Shown: one piece after another, positions 29,229 through 38,973 of the stretch
Layout of the letters: the number at the start of each line of letters is the position of its first letter
Position numbering within the stretch: the first letter of the stretch is position 1
Source: an uncultured delta proteobacterium
GTDB taxonomy: Bacteria; Myxococcota_A; Polyangia; Polyangiales; JAFGIB01
Reading direction: 5' to 3'
NCBI GenBank assembly: GCA_963778655.1
Contig: CAVZVA010000010.1
Location: forward strand, 1,536,001 to 1,600,000
Length of the DNA: 64,000 nucleotides
Notes under the pieces: generated by a model
Databases searched by the model: none
Told to the model about the DNA's origin: nothing
What the model saw: only the letters and a program-made list of their open reading frames with translations
Translations under genes and position numbers: made by a program

Positions 29229-30146
29229 ATGCATATCCCGTACACCGAGCCCGCCTCCATCCCAGGTCGGCCGGGGGCGCTTGCCGTGTCGGTCTATCTT
29301 GCGGCCGTGGCGGCCCTGGTCGTGCGCATCGCCTGGCTGGACGACTGGGGCGTCGGGGCCTGGGCCGTGCTGCTGTTGTTCGCGGCCACCGTGAGCCCGG
29401 ATCGCGTGGCGGCGCCCAGCACGCGCGGGCTGGCGCTGGGCGTGATCTTCTTCTTCGTGCTGAGCATGGCGGTCGCCTACCTGCCCGACCTGTGGTTCTC
29501 CATCGCCTACCGGCTCAACCACGCCGAGCACTACCTGTTGAACGTCAACGCCGCGATGCGCGCGCTGCCCGGTAACGACGGGCGCTTCCTGTGGAGCCAC
29601 CGCGTGGAGCCGGTCTCGCGTGCGATGGGGTTCATCTACGAGACCGGCTTCGACATGGTGGTCTGGATTCCAGTGGTACGGGCGCTGCTCGCGTTCGACC
29701 CGGGCAAGATGGCGCGCTACGCGCTCGCCGCGCACCTGATCCAGTTCCCGCTGATCATGCCGTTCTACACCGCGATCCGCGCCGACGAGGTGTGGTCCGT
29801 GCTTGGCGACCCGGACCGGCTGGGGCGCGGGTGGAGCGACGAGGTGCGGCTCGACCTGGGCGCGAACTGCTTCCCCAGCATGCACACCTCGGTCGCCTTC
29901 GCGATCCTGCTGCTCGGGTTGCGGGAAAGGAGCGTGGTGTTCAGGCGCGCGATGGTGGTGTACGCCACCAGCATCATCGTCAGCACCGTATACATGGAGA
30001 TCCACTGGCTGGTGGACGTGGCCGGCGGCCTCGCGCTGGGGGCCGGCTCGGTCAAGCTGGTCGACTGGCTGCTGGCGCGGCTCGGACGAGGCGCGCGCGC
30101 CGAGGCTCCGGCGTCGCTGGCGGCACCCACCGGGGAAACGGTCTGA
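29229..30146 (+). CDS. PAP2-superfamily membrane protein (Aur1/IPC-synthase-like PAP2_3)
   Basis: NCFPSMHT and EIHWLVDV catalytic motifs; several TM helices. Confidence 0.85.
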   Translation: MHIPYTEPASIPGRPGALAVSVYLAAVAALVVRIAWLDDWGVGAWAVLLLFAATVSPDRVAAPSTRGLALGVIFFFVLSMAVAYLPDLWFSIAYRLNHAEHYLLNVNAAMRALPGNDGRFLWSHRVEPVSRAMGFIYETGFDMVVWIPVVRALLAFDPGKMARYALAAHLIQFPLIMPFYTAIRADEVWSVLGDPDRLGRGWSDEVRLDLGANCFPSMHTSVAFAILLLGLRERSVVFRRAMVVYATSIIVSTVYMEIHWLVDVAGGLALGAGSVKLVDWLLARLGRGARAEAPASLAAPTGETV

Positions 30147-30298
30147 GTCGGCCAACTGGAACGCTCGGGACTGTCCACAGACCGCGCAATTCCAGGCATA
30201 CCCCCAATGTGGTGCAACAACGATTGGGGCATGCAGGTGTACCCTTGCTGCGCTACCGTGAGCTGGGTTGGGTGTCGTCAGGGACGGAGGGCAGCGCG

Positions 30299-31606
30299 AT
30301 GTCGATTCTTAGGTCGTGGGCGAATCAGGGGCTGTGCGCGGCTTGTCTCGGGTTGCTGGTGGCCTGCGGCTCGAGCAGCGACAACAGCAGCGGCAGGCCG
30401 ACCGGCGCCGGCCTGGGCGGCGGGACCGCAACGTCGGCGCCCGCTGGCGGGCTGGGGACAGGCACCGCGGGCAGCTCGGGTTTTGGCAATGCGGCAAACC
30501 CGGGTGGAACCGGCACCACGGGCGGCGCAGTCCCTCCGGGGACGGGCGGTATAGGGATGGAGTGCGCCAGCGCGCTGGTCCACACCTCGCACACCATGCC
30601 GACCATCGAGTTCGTGATCGACGGCTCGGGCAGCATGTGCGCCGATTTCGGCGGCAGCACGCGCTGGCAGGCGCTGCGCACCGCGCTGCTCGACCCCAAC
30701 ATGGGCCTGATCTACCGGCTGCAGAACTCAGTCACGTTCGGTGCGGTGCTCTACGACGGCACCATCGACCTCACGGCCGCGCTGCTCGGCGGCGGCATGA
30801 TGAGCGCCGCGGGCAACCCGGCGTGCGCGGGCATGTACGTCCAGAACAAGATGATGAGCAACGGCAACGATTGCCCGCAGCTGATCGAGGTGCAGCCCGC
30901 GCTCAACAACGCGCCTGCGATCGACATGGCGTTCCCGATGACCGAGCTGGGCGGCTCCACTCCGACCGACAAGGCGATGAGCCACGTCGCGGACGAGCTG
31001 CTCGCCACCCGCCAGCCGCTCGGACCCGACCAGAAGCCCCTGAATCCGCTGTACGTGATCCTGGCCACTGACGGCGCGCCCAACGACATCTGCGTCGGCG
31101 GCATGGGCGGCGACGGCACGGCGCAGCAGCAGGGCGTGGTCGATGCGGTCGATCGCCTGCAGGCCGCGGGCATCACCACCTGGGTGATCAGCCTGGCCGA
31201 CGACCCCATGCTGCAGCAGCACCTCGACAACGTGGCGCACCACGGCGATCCGGCCAACCCGATGGCCCACACCTTCACCCCCACCAACCCCGACGAGCTG
31301 GTCAACACCCTGGCCAACCTGCTGGGCGGCGCAGTGGGTTGCAACATCGCGCTCAACGGCACGGTCAAGACCGGCCAGGAGTGCACGGGCAAGGTCGAGC
31401 TCAACGGCAATAAGCTGCCCTGCTGCCAGCAGGACGGCAGCGGCAACTACACCTGCGACGGCGTGCCGGCCCCGATGCCGAACGGCTGGCACCTGGTCGA
31501 CCCGATGTCGATCGAGCTGCTCGGCGACACCTGCGCCAACTTCTTGATCGCCGGCGACGACATGCTGCACGCGTCGTTCCCCTGCAGCGTGTTCACCCCG
31601 AGCTGA
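30299..31606 (+). CDS. vWA-domain lipoprotein (myxobacterial, CglB-like class)
   Basis: Lipobox LLVAC; MIDAS DGSGS, GGSTPT, ILATDGAPN; Cys-rich C-terminus ending ...FPC. Confidence 0.85.
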   Translation: MSILRSWANQGLCAACLGLLVACGSSSDNSSGRPTGAGLGGGTATSAPAGGLGTGTAGSSGFGNAANPGGTGTTGGAVPPGTGGIGMECASALVHTSHTMPTIEFVIDGSGSMCADFGGSTRWQALRTALLDPNMGLIYRLQNSVTFGAVLYDGTIDLTAALLGGGMMSAAGNPACAGMYVQNKMMSNGNDCPQLIEVQPALNNAPAIDMAFPMTELGGSTPTDKAMSHVADELLATRQPLGPDQKPLNPLYVILATDGAPNDICVGGMGGDGTAQQQGVVDAVDRLQAAGITTWVISLADDPMLQQHLDNVAHHGDPANPMAHTFTPTNPDELVNTLANLLGGAVGCNIALNGTVKTGQECTGKVELNGNKLPCCQQDGSGNYTCDGVPAPMPNGWHLVDPMSIELLGDTCANFLIAGDDMLHASFPCSVFTPS

Positions 31607-31689
31607 GCGCGATCGGCGCGTCCCCGCGCTTTGAAAATCCGGCGCTCTTGGCCTAGGTTGCTCCGCGTACGCAGCAGGGAGCCAACGGC

Positions 31690-32544
31690 ATGACTGAGAG
31701 CGAGCCAGGACGGGTGCGGACCGAGCGCGGCGTGGTGTTCGGCCGCGGGGGCGGCCGCGAGCTGCGTTGCGACCTGTTCCATCCCCCGCAGCCGGAACGC
31801 GCCCGGCCCGCGGTGCTGCTGCTGCACGGCGGCGCGTGGTCGCAGGGCGAGCGCGGACAGATGCGCGGCTACGGCATCGCGCTCGGCCGCCGCGGCTATC
31901 TGTGCGCCGCGGCCGAATACCGCCTCAGCGGCGAGGCCAAGTGGCCGGCGCAGCTCCACGACGTCAAGGCCGCGTTGCGCTTTCTGCGCGCGCGCAGCGC
32001 CGAGCTCGGCGTGGATCCCGACAAGATCTGCGTGTCCGGCAATTCCGCCGGCGGCCACCTGGCGCTGATGCTCGCCGCCACCGCCAACGCGCCCGAGCTG
32101 GAGGGCGAGGGCGGCCATGCAGGCGCCGGCACGCAGTGTGCGGCGTGCGTCGCCTTCTACGCGCCCACCCGGCTGTTCGGCAGGGCGTCGCCCAACGCCT
32201 ACGCGCCTGGGCTGTTTCCCGAAGGCGTGAGCGAGGCGACCGCGCGCCAGGCGAGCCCGATCGAGCACGCGCGCAAGGACTTCCCACCCACGCTGCTGAT
32301 CCACGGCAACCGCGATCAGATCGTGCGCCCGCAGGCCAGCTTGTCGATGTACCAGGCGCTCAGCGAGGCCGGCGCCCAGGCCGAGCTGCACATGTACAAC
32401 GGCGCCCCGCACGGCTTCGACGCCACGCGCGACCTCGGCCGCCAGTGCGTGGAGCTGATCCAGCTGTTCCTCGACCGCCACGTGGTCAACCCGCGCCCGG
32501 CGGTCACCGCCTGGCAGGTCACCGCCCCTGGCGGGGTCGGCTGA
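31690..32544 (+). CDS. Alpha/beta hydrolase (HSL-like esterase)
   Basis: HGGAW oxyanion motif, GNSAGG nucleophile, HGNRD, HGF. Confidence 0.92.
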   Translation: MTESEPGRVRTERGVVFGRGGGRELRCDLFHPPQPERARPAVLLLHGGAWSQGERGQMRGYGIALGRRGYLCAAAEYRLSGEAKWPAQLHDVKAALRFLRARSAELGVDPDKICVSGNSAGGHLALMLAATANAPELEGEGGHAGAGTQCAACVAFYAPTRLFGRASPNAYAPGLFPEGVSEATARQASPIEHARKDFPPTLLIHGNRDQIVRPQASLSMYQALSEAGAQAELHMYNGAPHGFDATRDLGRQCVELIQLFLDRHVVNPRPAVTAWQVTAPGGVG

Positions 32545-32546
32545 CC

Positions 32547-32661
32547 AAGCTCGCCGCCCGCGCTCGTGGTCGGACCCGTGGTCGCGCCCGAGGTCGCGGC
32601 CCTTTCGTTGGGACCCGAGCACAGATAACCTGCTCAGTTGCGGCTCGCGGGCGGGTGGCTT
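32547..32661. repeat. Intergenic structured element: three 12-bp tandem repeats inside imperfect inverted arms
   Basis: ctcgtggtcgga/cccgtggtcgcg/cccgaggtcgcg at 32563-32598; arms aagctcgccgcccgcg and cgcgggcgggtggctt. Confidence 0.5.
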
Positions 32662-32795
32662 CGCGGCTTTCGTCCTTCTGAGGGCGCGCTCGCGATCGCA
32701 CTCCGCCGACAGCCGGCATGGGCCTTGCCGAAGGCTTGCCAGCCCTGGGAGAGCCCCCCTTTGCAGGCTCGGGGATCTGCCCTACATCAGCAGGC

Positions 32796-33287
32796 ATGAC
32801 CAGCGCACACGACTTCACGCACAAGACCATCGATGGACAGGACAAGGCGCTCGGCGACTATCGCGGCAAGGTGCTGCTGGTGGTCAACGTAGCGTCGCGC
32901 TGCGGGCTCACGCCGCAGTACACGGCGCTCGAAGAGCTCTACCGTGGGATGAAGGGCCGGGGCTTCGAGGTGCTCGGCTTTCCCTGCAATCAGTTCGGGG
33001 CCCAGGAGCCGGGCACCGAGGACGAGATCAAGGCGTTTTGCAGCACGCAGTACGACGTGAGCTTTCCGCTGTTCAGCAAGTTGGAGGTGAACGGTGGCGG
33101 CCGCCATCCGCTCTACGCCTGGCTCACGGCCGAGCCTACGGCGCCCGACGGGCCGGGCGATATCAAGTGGAATTTCGCCAAGTTCCTGATCGGCCGCGAC
33201 GGCAAGGTGGCCGCGCGCTTCGGCCCCACCACCGCCCCCACGGCACCTCAGGTGGTGGATGCGATCGAAGCTGCGCTCGGCGATTGA
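32796..33287 (+). CDS. Glutathione peroxidase family (Cys-type)
   Basis: VNVASRCGLTPQY, GFPCNQFGAQEPG, WNFAKFL. Confidence 0.96.
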   Translation: MTSAHDFTHKTIDGQDKALGDYRGKVLLVVNVASRCGLTPQYTALEELYRGMKGRGFEVLGFPCNQFGAQEPGTEDEIKAFCSTQYDVSFPLFSKLEVNGGGRHPLYAWLTAEPTAPDGPGDIKWNFAKFLIGRDGKVAARFGPTTAPTAPQVVDAIEAALGD

Positions 33288-33391
33288 GGCACGGCCCTCG
33301 GCGGGCGAATGGGGCGAGCCGAGCCGTTCCCGGAGGCCGCAGGTCCGAAAACTGGCCGCGCGCGGGGCGGCTGCAGCATAGTTCGGAGGCC

Positions 33392-34636
33392 ATGCACGCG
33401 GTGCAAGCGCGTTGGCTCGCGCCGTGGGTTCTGCTCGCGGCCGCCTCTGTTGCGCTGCCGGCACGCGCGCGTCCGGTCGGCTTCGGCCAGGCTCGCGCGT
33501 GGGCCGAGCAGGCTGCGCCCAGCGTGCAAGTGGCTGCGCGCCGCGTCGCGCTCTCGCGCACCGAGGTCGAGGTCGCCGGCACCTGGCAAAACCCCACGCT
33601 CGGCGTGCAGAGCGCCACGCGCACCGCGCACCTGGGCACCTCGCTGAGCCTCCCCCTGCCGCTGTTCGGCCAGCGCGGCACGGCGATCGACGCGGCGCGC
33701 GCGGACGTCGCCGTCAGCGCGCGCGAGGCGCTGCTGGCGCGCAGCGAGGCGCTGTTCGGGGTGACGCTGGGTTGGCTCGCGCTGTGGGAGGCGCAGCAGC
33801 GCGCGCAGCTGCTCCAGCGCGCCGCCAGCGATGCCGAGCGCACGGCCTCGATCGCCGCCGAGCGCTTCGACGCAGGCCTGGGCCCGCGCGTCGACGTGGT
33901 GCGCACCCGTGCGGGTAGCGCGCGCGCGCAGGCCGACCTCGCCGCCGCGCAGGCCGACGTGCACGCGGCCGCGCTGCGGCTCGCGGTCTGGCTCGGCCGC
34001 GAGGACGGCGAGCCCAGCGCGGCCGGCGAGCCGGGCTATCCGAGCGCGCTGCCCGATCTGGGGGCGCTGCAGCGCTGGCAGGCGCAGCAACACCCGGCGT
34101 TGCAGCGCGATCGCGCCCGGGTACGCGCGGCCGAGGCGCATGTGCGCTCCGAGCAGCGCGCGGCCTGGCCGATCGTGGACGCGCAGGTCGGCGTCAACCA
34201 ATTCGATCCCAGCCTGCCCGGCGGGCCCGACGTGATCGGCGGGCTTTCGTTCGAGCTGCCGCTGCTCAACCAGCGCGGCGGCGCGATCGCGCGCGCGCGC
34301 TCCGAACGAAGGCTGGCGGAGGCCGAGGCGGTGGCCGATGGCGCCGAGCTGCGTGCGGAGCTGCGCGCCGCCTACCACGAGGCGCAGGGCGCGGCGGCGC
34401 AGCTCGCGGCACTGCGCGATCAGGTGGTGCCGGCCTTGCTCGAGGCGCGCCAGATGAGCGAGGAGAGCTATCGCAGCGGGCGCATGGATCTGTTGCGCCT
34501 GCTGGAAGCGCAGCGCGCGCTGATCGAGAGCCAGCTTGCGGAGGCGGAGGCGGCGGCCGCCTTCGGGCGCGCGCTGGCCGAGCTCGAGCGCACCACCGGG
34601 CGAAGGCTCGACGCGAGAGTTGCTGATGCGCGCTGA
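33392..34636 (+). CDS. TolC/CzcC-like outer membrane efflux protein
   Basis: Signal peptide; NPTL..., LPLFGQRG, LPLLNQRGGAI, YRSGRMDLLRLLEAQ. Confidence 0.9.
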   Translation: MHAVQARWLAPWVLLAAASVALPARARPVGFGQARAWAEQAAPSVQVAARRVALSRTEVEVAGTWQNPTLGVQSATRTAHLGTSLSLPLPLFGQRGTAIDAARADVAVSAREALLARSEALFGVTLGWLALWEAQQRAQLLQRAASDAERTASIAAERFDAGLGPRVDVVRTRAGSARAQADLAAAQADVHAAALRLAVWLGREDGEPSAAGEPGYPSALPDLGALQRWQAQQHPALQRDRARVRAAEAHVRSEQRAAWPIVDAQVGVNQFDPSLPGGPDVIGGLSFELPLLNQRGGAIARARSERRLAEAEAVADGAELRAELRAAYHEAQGAAAQLAALRDQVVPALLEARQMSEESYRSGRMDLLRLLEAQRALIESQLAEAEAAAAFGRALAELERTTGRRLDARVADAR

Positions 34637-35723
34637 GCGCACACGCCGCGCGCGCCTCTTGCTGGCGGCGCTGGGTTGCGCCTGCTGTACCGCGCGCGGC
34701 GAGCCGCCGCAGCCCGAGCCCTCCGCCAAGCGGGTGCGCTGCGTCGAGGTCAAGAGCGAGATGCTGGGCCTGAGCGTGGAGCTGCGCGGCACGATCGCGC
34801 CGCTGCCGGACCGGGACGCCCAGGTGGCCCCGCAGGTGAGCGGGCGGCTGCTGCGGGTGCGCGTGCGCGAGGGCGACAAGGTCAAGGCGGGGCAGGTGTT
34901 GGCGGAGGTCGACCCGGCGCCGCTGCTCGACCAACTGCACGAGGCGCAGGCCGCGCTGGCGCGCACGAGCGCGGAGCGCAAGAACGCCGACAGCACGCTC
35001 GCGCGCATGCAGCGCGTGTTCGAGCACGGGATCGCGTCTCGCCAGGAAGTCGACGACGCCGCGGCGCGCGCTGCCTCCGCCAAGGCGAGCGAAGACGAGG
35101 CGGCGGCGGGAGCGCGGCGCGCGCAGCTTCAGCTCGAGCGCGCCACGGTGCGCAGCCCGCTCGTGGGCGTGGTGCTGCGCCTGCTGCGCCGCTCGGGCGA
35201 GCTGGTCGACGGCACGCCAGCCACGCCCGTGGTCGAGGTCGGCGACCCCTCGCAGCTCGAGCTGGTGGCGGACGTGCCGGCCCAGGACTTGGTGCGGGTC
35301 AAGGCGGGCGATGTCGCGCAGATCAGCGTGAGCGCGCTGCCCGCGCTCGCGCTTTCGGGCCACGTGTCGCTGGTGTCGCCGGCGCTCGACCGCGCGACCG
35401 GCCTGGGCGTGGTGCGCGTGGCGCTCGATCCCGACGGCGCGCAGGCGCCGCCGGTGGGTGCCTACGGCAGCGCGCGCGTGCAGACCGGCAGCAAGCATCC
35501 ATTGCTGGTCGTGCCGGTGGGCGCGCTGCGCGCGATTGCGGGAGATCGGGGCGAGCTGGTGAGCTGCGGCCCGGACGCGATCGCGCACGTGCGCGTGGTT
35601 CGGCGCGGTCCGGTGCACGACGGGCTGGCGGAGATCGAATCCGGCGTGAAGGCCGGCGAGCGCGTGGTGCTGGAGCCGGTGCTCGGCGTGTCCGAAGGCG
35701 ACAAGCTCGAGGTCGCGCCATGA
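34626..35723 (+). CDS. RND efflux periplasmic adaptor (MFP)
   Basis: VAPQVSGRL..VREGDKVKAGQVL lipoyl motif, coiled coil, VRSPLVGVV. Confidence 0.92.
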   Translation: MRAERTRRARLLLAALGCACCTARGEPPQPEPSAKRVRCVEVKSEMLGLSVELRGTIAPLPDRDAQVAPQVSGRLLRVRVREGDKVKAGQVLAEVDPAPLLDQLHEAQAALARTSAERKNADSTLARMQRVFEHGIASRQEVDDAAARAASAKASEDEAAAGARRAQLQLERATVRSPLVGVVLRLLRRSGELVDGTPATPVVEVGDPSQLELVADVPAQDLVRVKAGDVAQISVSALPALALSGHVSLVSPALDRATGLGVVRVALDPDGAQAPPVGAYGSARVQTGSKHPLLVVPVGALRAIAGDRGELVSCGPDAIAHVRVVRRGPVHDGLAEIESGVKAGERVVLEPVLGVSEGDKLEVAP

Positions 35724-35757
35724 GCGCGCGCGGCAGCAGCGCGCGTGGAAGGCCACC

Positions 35758-38700
35758 GTGAGCTGGTTCGCTCTGCTGCGGCAACGCGGACTGGTGCTGT
35801 GGCTGGGCGCGCTCGCGCTGTGCGCCGGCGGCACGCTGCTGTCGACGCGCTTGCCGAGCGGCATCTATCCCGAGGTCGAGTTCTCGCGCATCGTGGTGGT
35901 GGCGCGCAGCGGCGACGCGCCGCCCGAGGTCACCCAGGTCTCGATCACGCGGCCGCTCGAGAACGCGCTCGCGACCGTGCTCGGGGTCGAGCGCGTGCGC
36001 TCGCACACCATCCGCGGCGCCGCCGAGCTCTCGTTGCTGTTCGCGCCCGGCACCGACATGTGGCGCGCGCTGCAGCTGGTGCAGGCGCAGGTCGGCGAGG
36101 TCCGCAGCAGCTTGCCCGCCGGCACCGAGATCGTGGTCGAGCGCCTGACCACCACCTCGTTTCCGGTCATCACCTACAACCTCACCGGTGCGATCGATTC
36201 GCGCAGGTTGCGCGAGCTCGGCGAGCTGGTGCTCAAGCCCGCGCTCTCGCGCGTGCGCGGTGTGGGCCGGGTCGAGGTGCTGGGCGGAGACGTGCGCGAG
36301 ATCGAGGTGGTGCTCGATCCGGAGCGCTGCGCCGCGCTGCGGCTGAGCCCGCGCCTGGTCGCCGACAAGCTGCGCGAGCAAAACGTGCTGCAGGCGGTCG
36401 GCCGCTACGACGAGTCGCACGCGCTGGTGACGGTGATGGCCTCGGGTGAGCCCAACGGGCTTTCCGACCTGCGTGACTTCCCGGTCGCGGTCGGGCCCGA
36501 CGGCGGGGCGATCCCGCTCTCGGCGGTGGCGGACGTCGAGGAGGGCGCGGAGGACCGGCTGCTGCGGGTGTCGGGGCCGGGCGGCGAGACCGTGCTGATC
36601 AGCGTGGCGCGACTGCCGGGCGCGAGCACGCCCGATGTGGTCGCGGCCGTGCAGGCGGTGGCCGACGATGTCAAGGCCACGCTACCGCGCGGGGTGAAGC
36701 TGCAGCCGGTCTACGACCAGGCGCTGCTGGTGCACGAGTCGCTGCGCTCGGTGCGCGACGCGATCCTGGGCGGCATCGCGCTTTGCGTGCTGGTGATCGC
36801 GCTGTTCCTGCGCGACCTGCGCGCCGGGTTGGTCGCCGCCGCCGCGGTGCCGCTGACGCTGGGCATCACCTTCGTGCCGGTGGCGCTGCTCGGGCAGAGC
36901 TTGAACCTGATGTCGCTAGGCGGTCTGGCGGTGGCGATCGGGCTGGTCATCGACGACGCGATCGTGGTGGTGGAGGCGATCGGACGCAAGCTGGAAGAGG
37001 GCGCGCCGCCCGCGCAGGCCGCGGAGCGGGGCACGCGCGCGCTGCTGGCGGCGTTGATCGGCACCACCGCTACCACCGTGGTGGTGTTCCTGCCGCTGGG
37101 CTGGCTGCAAGGGGTGGTGGGGCGCTTCTTCATCGCGCTCGCGACCACGCTCTCGGCCGCGGTGCTGATCTCGCTGCTGGTGGCGGTGGTGCTGGTGCCG
37201 CTGGCGGCCACGCGCCTGTTGCGCGCGCGGCCCGGTAGCCGGCGCAGGCCGCGGCTGGCCGCGGCCTACGCGCGACTGCTGGGGCCGCTGGTGCGCCACC
37301 CGGTGGGCGGTGTGGCGCTCGGCCTCGGGCTGCTCGCGCTCGGCGCGCTCAGCGCGACGCGCGTGCCGACCGGATTTTTGCCCACCATGGACGAGGGCGC
37401 GTTCGTGCTCGACTACTTCCTGCCCGCCGGCACCTCGCTCGACGAGACCGACCGCGTCGCGCGCAAGATCGAGCGCGTGCTGCAGAGCACGCGCGAGGTG
37501 CGCACCTACTCGCGGCGCACCGGCGCGGAGCTGGGGCCCGCTGCGGCCACGCAGGTCAACCGCGGCGACATCATGGTGCGGCTCGCGCCGCCGGGCGAGC
37601 GCACGCGCAGCGCCGACGAGGTGATCGCAGCCGTGCGCGCGCGCGTGGCGCGCGAGGTGCCCGAGGCGCGCACCGAGTTCATCCAGGTGCTGCAGGACGT
37701 GCTCAACGATCTGGCCGGCACGCCGCGCCCGATCGAGATCAAGCTGTTCGGCGACGACTACGGCCGCCTGCGCGCGCTGGCGCAGCAGGTGGCCGGGCGC
37801 ATCCGCAGCGTCCCCGGGCTGGTCGACCTCTATCCGGGCTTCGAGGCCGAGGCGCCCGAGCTGCGCTTCCGCGTCGACGCGTTGGCGGCGGCCCGGCTCG
37901 GCAGGAGCGCGAGCGACGTGGCCGCGGAGCTCGAAGCAGCGTTGCACGGCGCGATGGCGTCTCTGATCCGCAGGCCCGATCGGCCGCTCGGCGTGCGCGT
38001 GCGCTACCCCGACGCGGTGCGCTTCGACCCGGCGCACATCACGGCGTTGCCCATTCTGGTCGGCAGCGCGGGGGTGGTGCCGATTGGCGCGCTGGCGCGC
38101 GCGGAGCGCGGCGCGGCGCAGACGGACCTGGTGCGCGAGAACCTGCGGCCGGCGGTGATCGTGACCGCCGATCACGAAGGCCGCGACCTCGGCTCGGTAA
38201 TGCGCGACGTGCGCGCGCGCCTCTCGGGGCTCTCTCTGCCGGAGGGCTACCGGCTGGAGCTCGGAGGGCAGTACGAGGGCCAGCAGCAGACCTTCCGCCA
38301 GCTCGGGCTGGTGATGGGCTTCGGTCTGACCGCGGTGCTGGTGGTGCTGCTGGCGCAGTTCCGGCGCGCGCGGCTGGCGCTGCTGGTGCTGCTTTGCGTG
38401 CCGGTTGCGCTCACCGGCGCGCTGGCGATCCTGTGGCTCACCGCGATCCCGCTCAACGCCTCGTCGCTGATGGGCTGCGTGCTGCTCGCCGGGCTGGTGG
38501 TCAAGAACGGCATCCTGCTGCTCGAGCAATACGAGCGCCTGTGCGAGGCCGGCACGCCGTCCGAGCAGGCGCTGCTGCAGGCGGGCGCGATCCGGGTACG
38601 GCCGATCCTGATGACGACGCTGGCCACCATCGCGGGGCTCGCGCCGCTCGCGCTCGGTCTGGGCGCGGGCGCGGAGATCCAGCGCCCGCTGGCAGTGGCG

Positions 38701-38793
38701 GTGATCGGCGGGCTGGCGGTCTCGACGGCGGTCAGCCTGCTGGTGCTGCCCTCGCTCGCAAGCCTCACCGGACCAAGCAAGCCGCGAGCGTAG
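35758..38793 (+). CDS. RND efflux permease (CusA/CzcA-like HME group)
   Basis: 1011 aa; TRPLE, GLVIDDAIVVVE, FLPTMDEG, VVKNGILL, RVRPILMTT, QRPLAVAVIGG. Confidence 0.95.
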   Translation: MSWFALLRQRGLVLWLGALALCAGGTLLSTRLPSGIYPEVEFSRIVVVARSGDAPPEVTQVSITRPLENALATVLGVERVRSHTIRGAAELSLLFAPGTDMWRALQLVQAQVGEVRSSLPAGTEIVVERLTTTSFPVITYNLTGAIDSRRLRELGELVLKPALSRVRGVGRVEVLGGDVREIEVVLDPERCAALRLSPRLVADKLREQNVLQAVGRYDESHALVTVMASGEPNGLSDLRDFPVAVGPDGGAIPLSAVADVEEGAEDRLLRVSGPGGETVLISVARLPGASTPDVVAAVQAVADDVKATLPRGVKLQPVYDQALLVHESLRSVRDAILGGIALCVLVIALFLRDLRAGLVAAAAVPLTLGITFVPVALLGQSLNLMSLGGLAVAIGLVIDDAIVVVEAIGRKLEEGAPPAQAAERGTRALLAALIGTTATTVVVFLPLGWLQGVVGRFFIALATTLSAAVLISLLVAVVLVPLAATRLLRARPGSRRRPRLAAAYARLLGPLVRHPVGGVALGLGLLALGALSATRVPTGFLPTMDEGAFVLDYFLPAGTSLDETDRVARKIERVLQSTREVRTYSRRTGAELGPAAATQVNRGDIMVRLAPPGERTRSADEVIAAVRARVAREVPEARTEFIQVLQDVLNDLAGTPRPIEIKLFGDDYGRLRALAQQVAGRIRSVPGLVDLYPGFEAEAPELRFRVDALAAARLGRSASDVAAELEAALHGAMASLIRRPDRPLGVRVRYPDAVRFDPAHITALPILVGSAGVVPIGALARAERGAAQTDLVRENLRPAVIVTADHEGRDLGSVMRDVRARLSGLSLPEGYRLELGGQYEGQQQTFRQLGLVMGFGLTAVLVVLLAQFRRARLALLVLLCVPVALTGALAILWLTAIPLNASSLMGCVLLAGLVVKNGILLLEQYERLCEAGTPSEQALLQAGAIRVRPILMTTLATIAGLAPLALGLGAGAEIQRPLAVAVIGGLAVSTAVSLLVLPSLASLTGPSKPRA

Positions 38794-38973
38794 CTCGCCT
38801 CGGATCCAGCAAGAGGGCTTCGGAGGCAGGCGCGGGTCGCGTTCCCGGTCCTTTCGCGCACCGCGCAGATGTGCTCGAATCCCGGCGCACGCGCGAGGCC
38901 GTGCAACGCGAGCGTGGCGCCCATTCCGGCCGCCGGCTCGCAGCGGCGCGAGCCGGCGTGAAGAGGAGAGGCC

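Noticed and set aside
27087..30155. 1022-aa ORF as a single protein
   Set aside because: The first ~380 codons are antisense to the PAP2 gene and its promoter; the plausible protein starts near 29015.
32796..33287. Selenocysteine glutathione peroxidase
   Set aside because: The active-site codon is TGC (Cys); no in-frame TGA.
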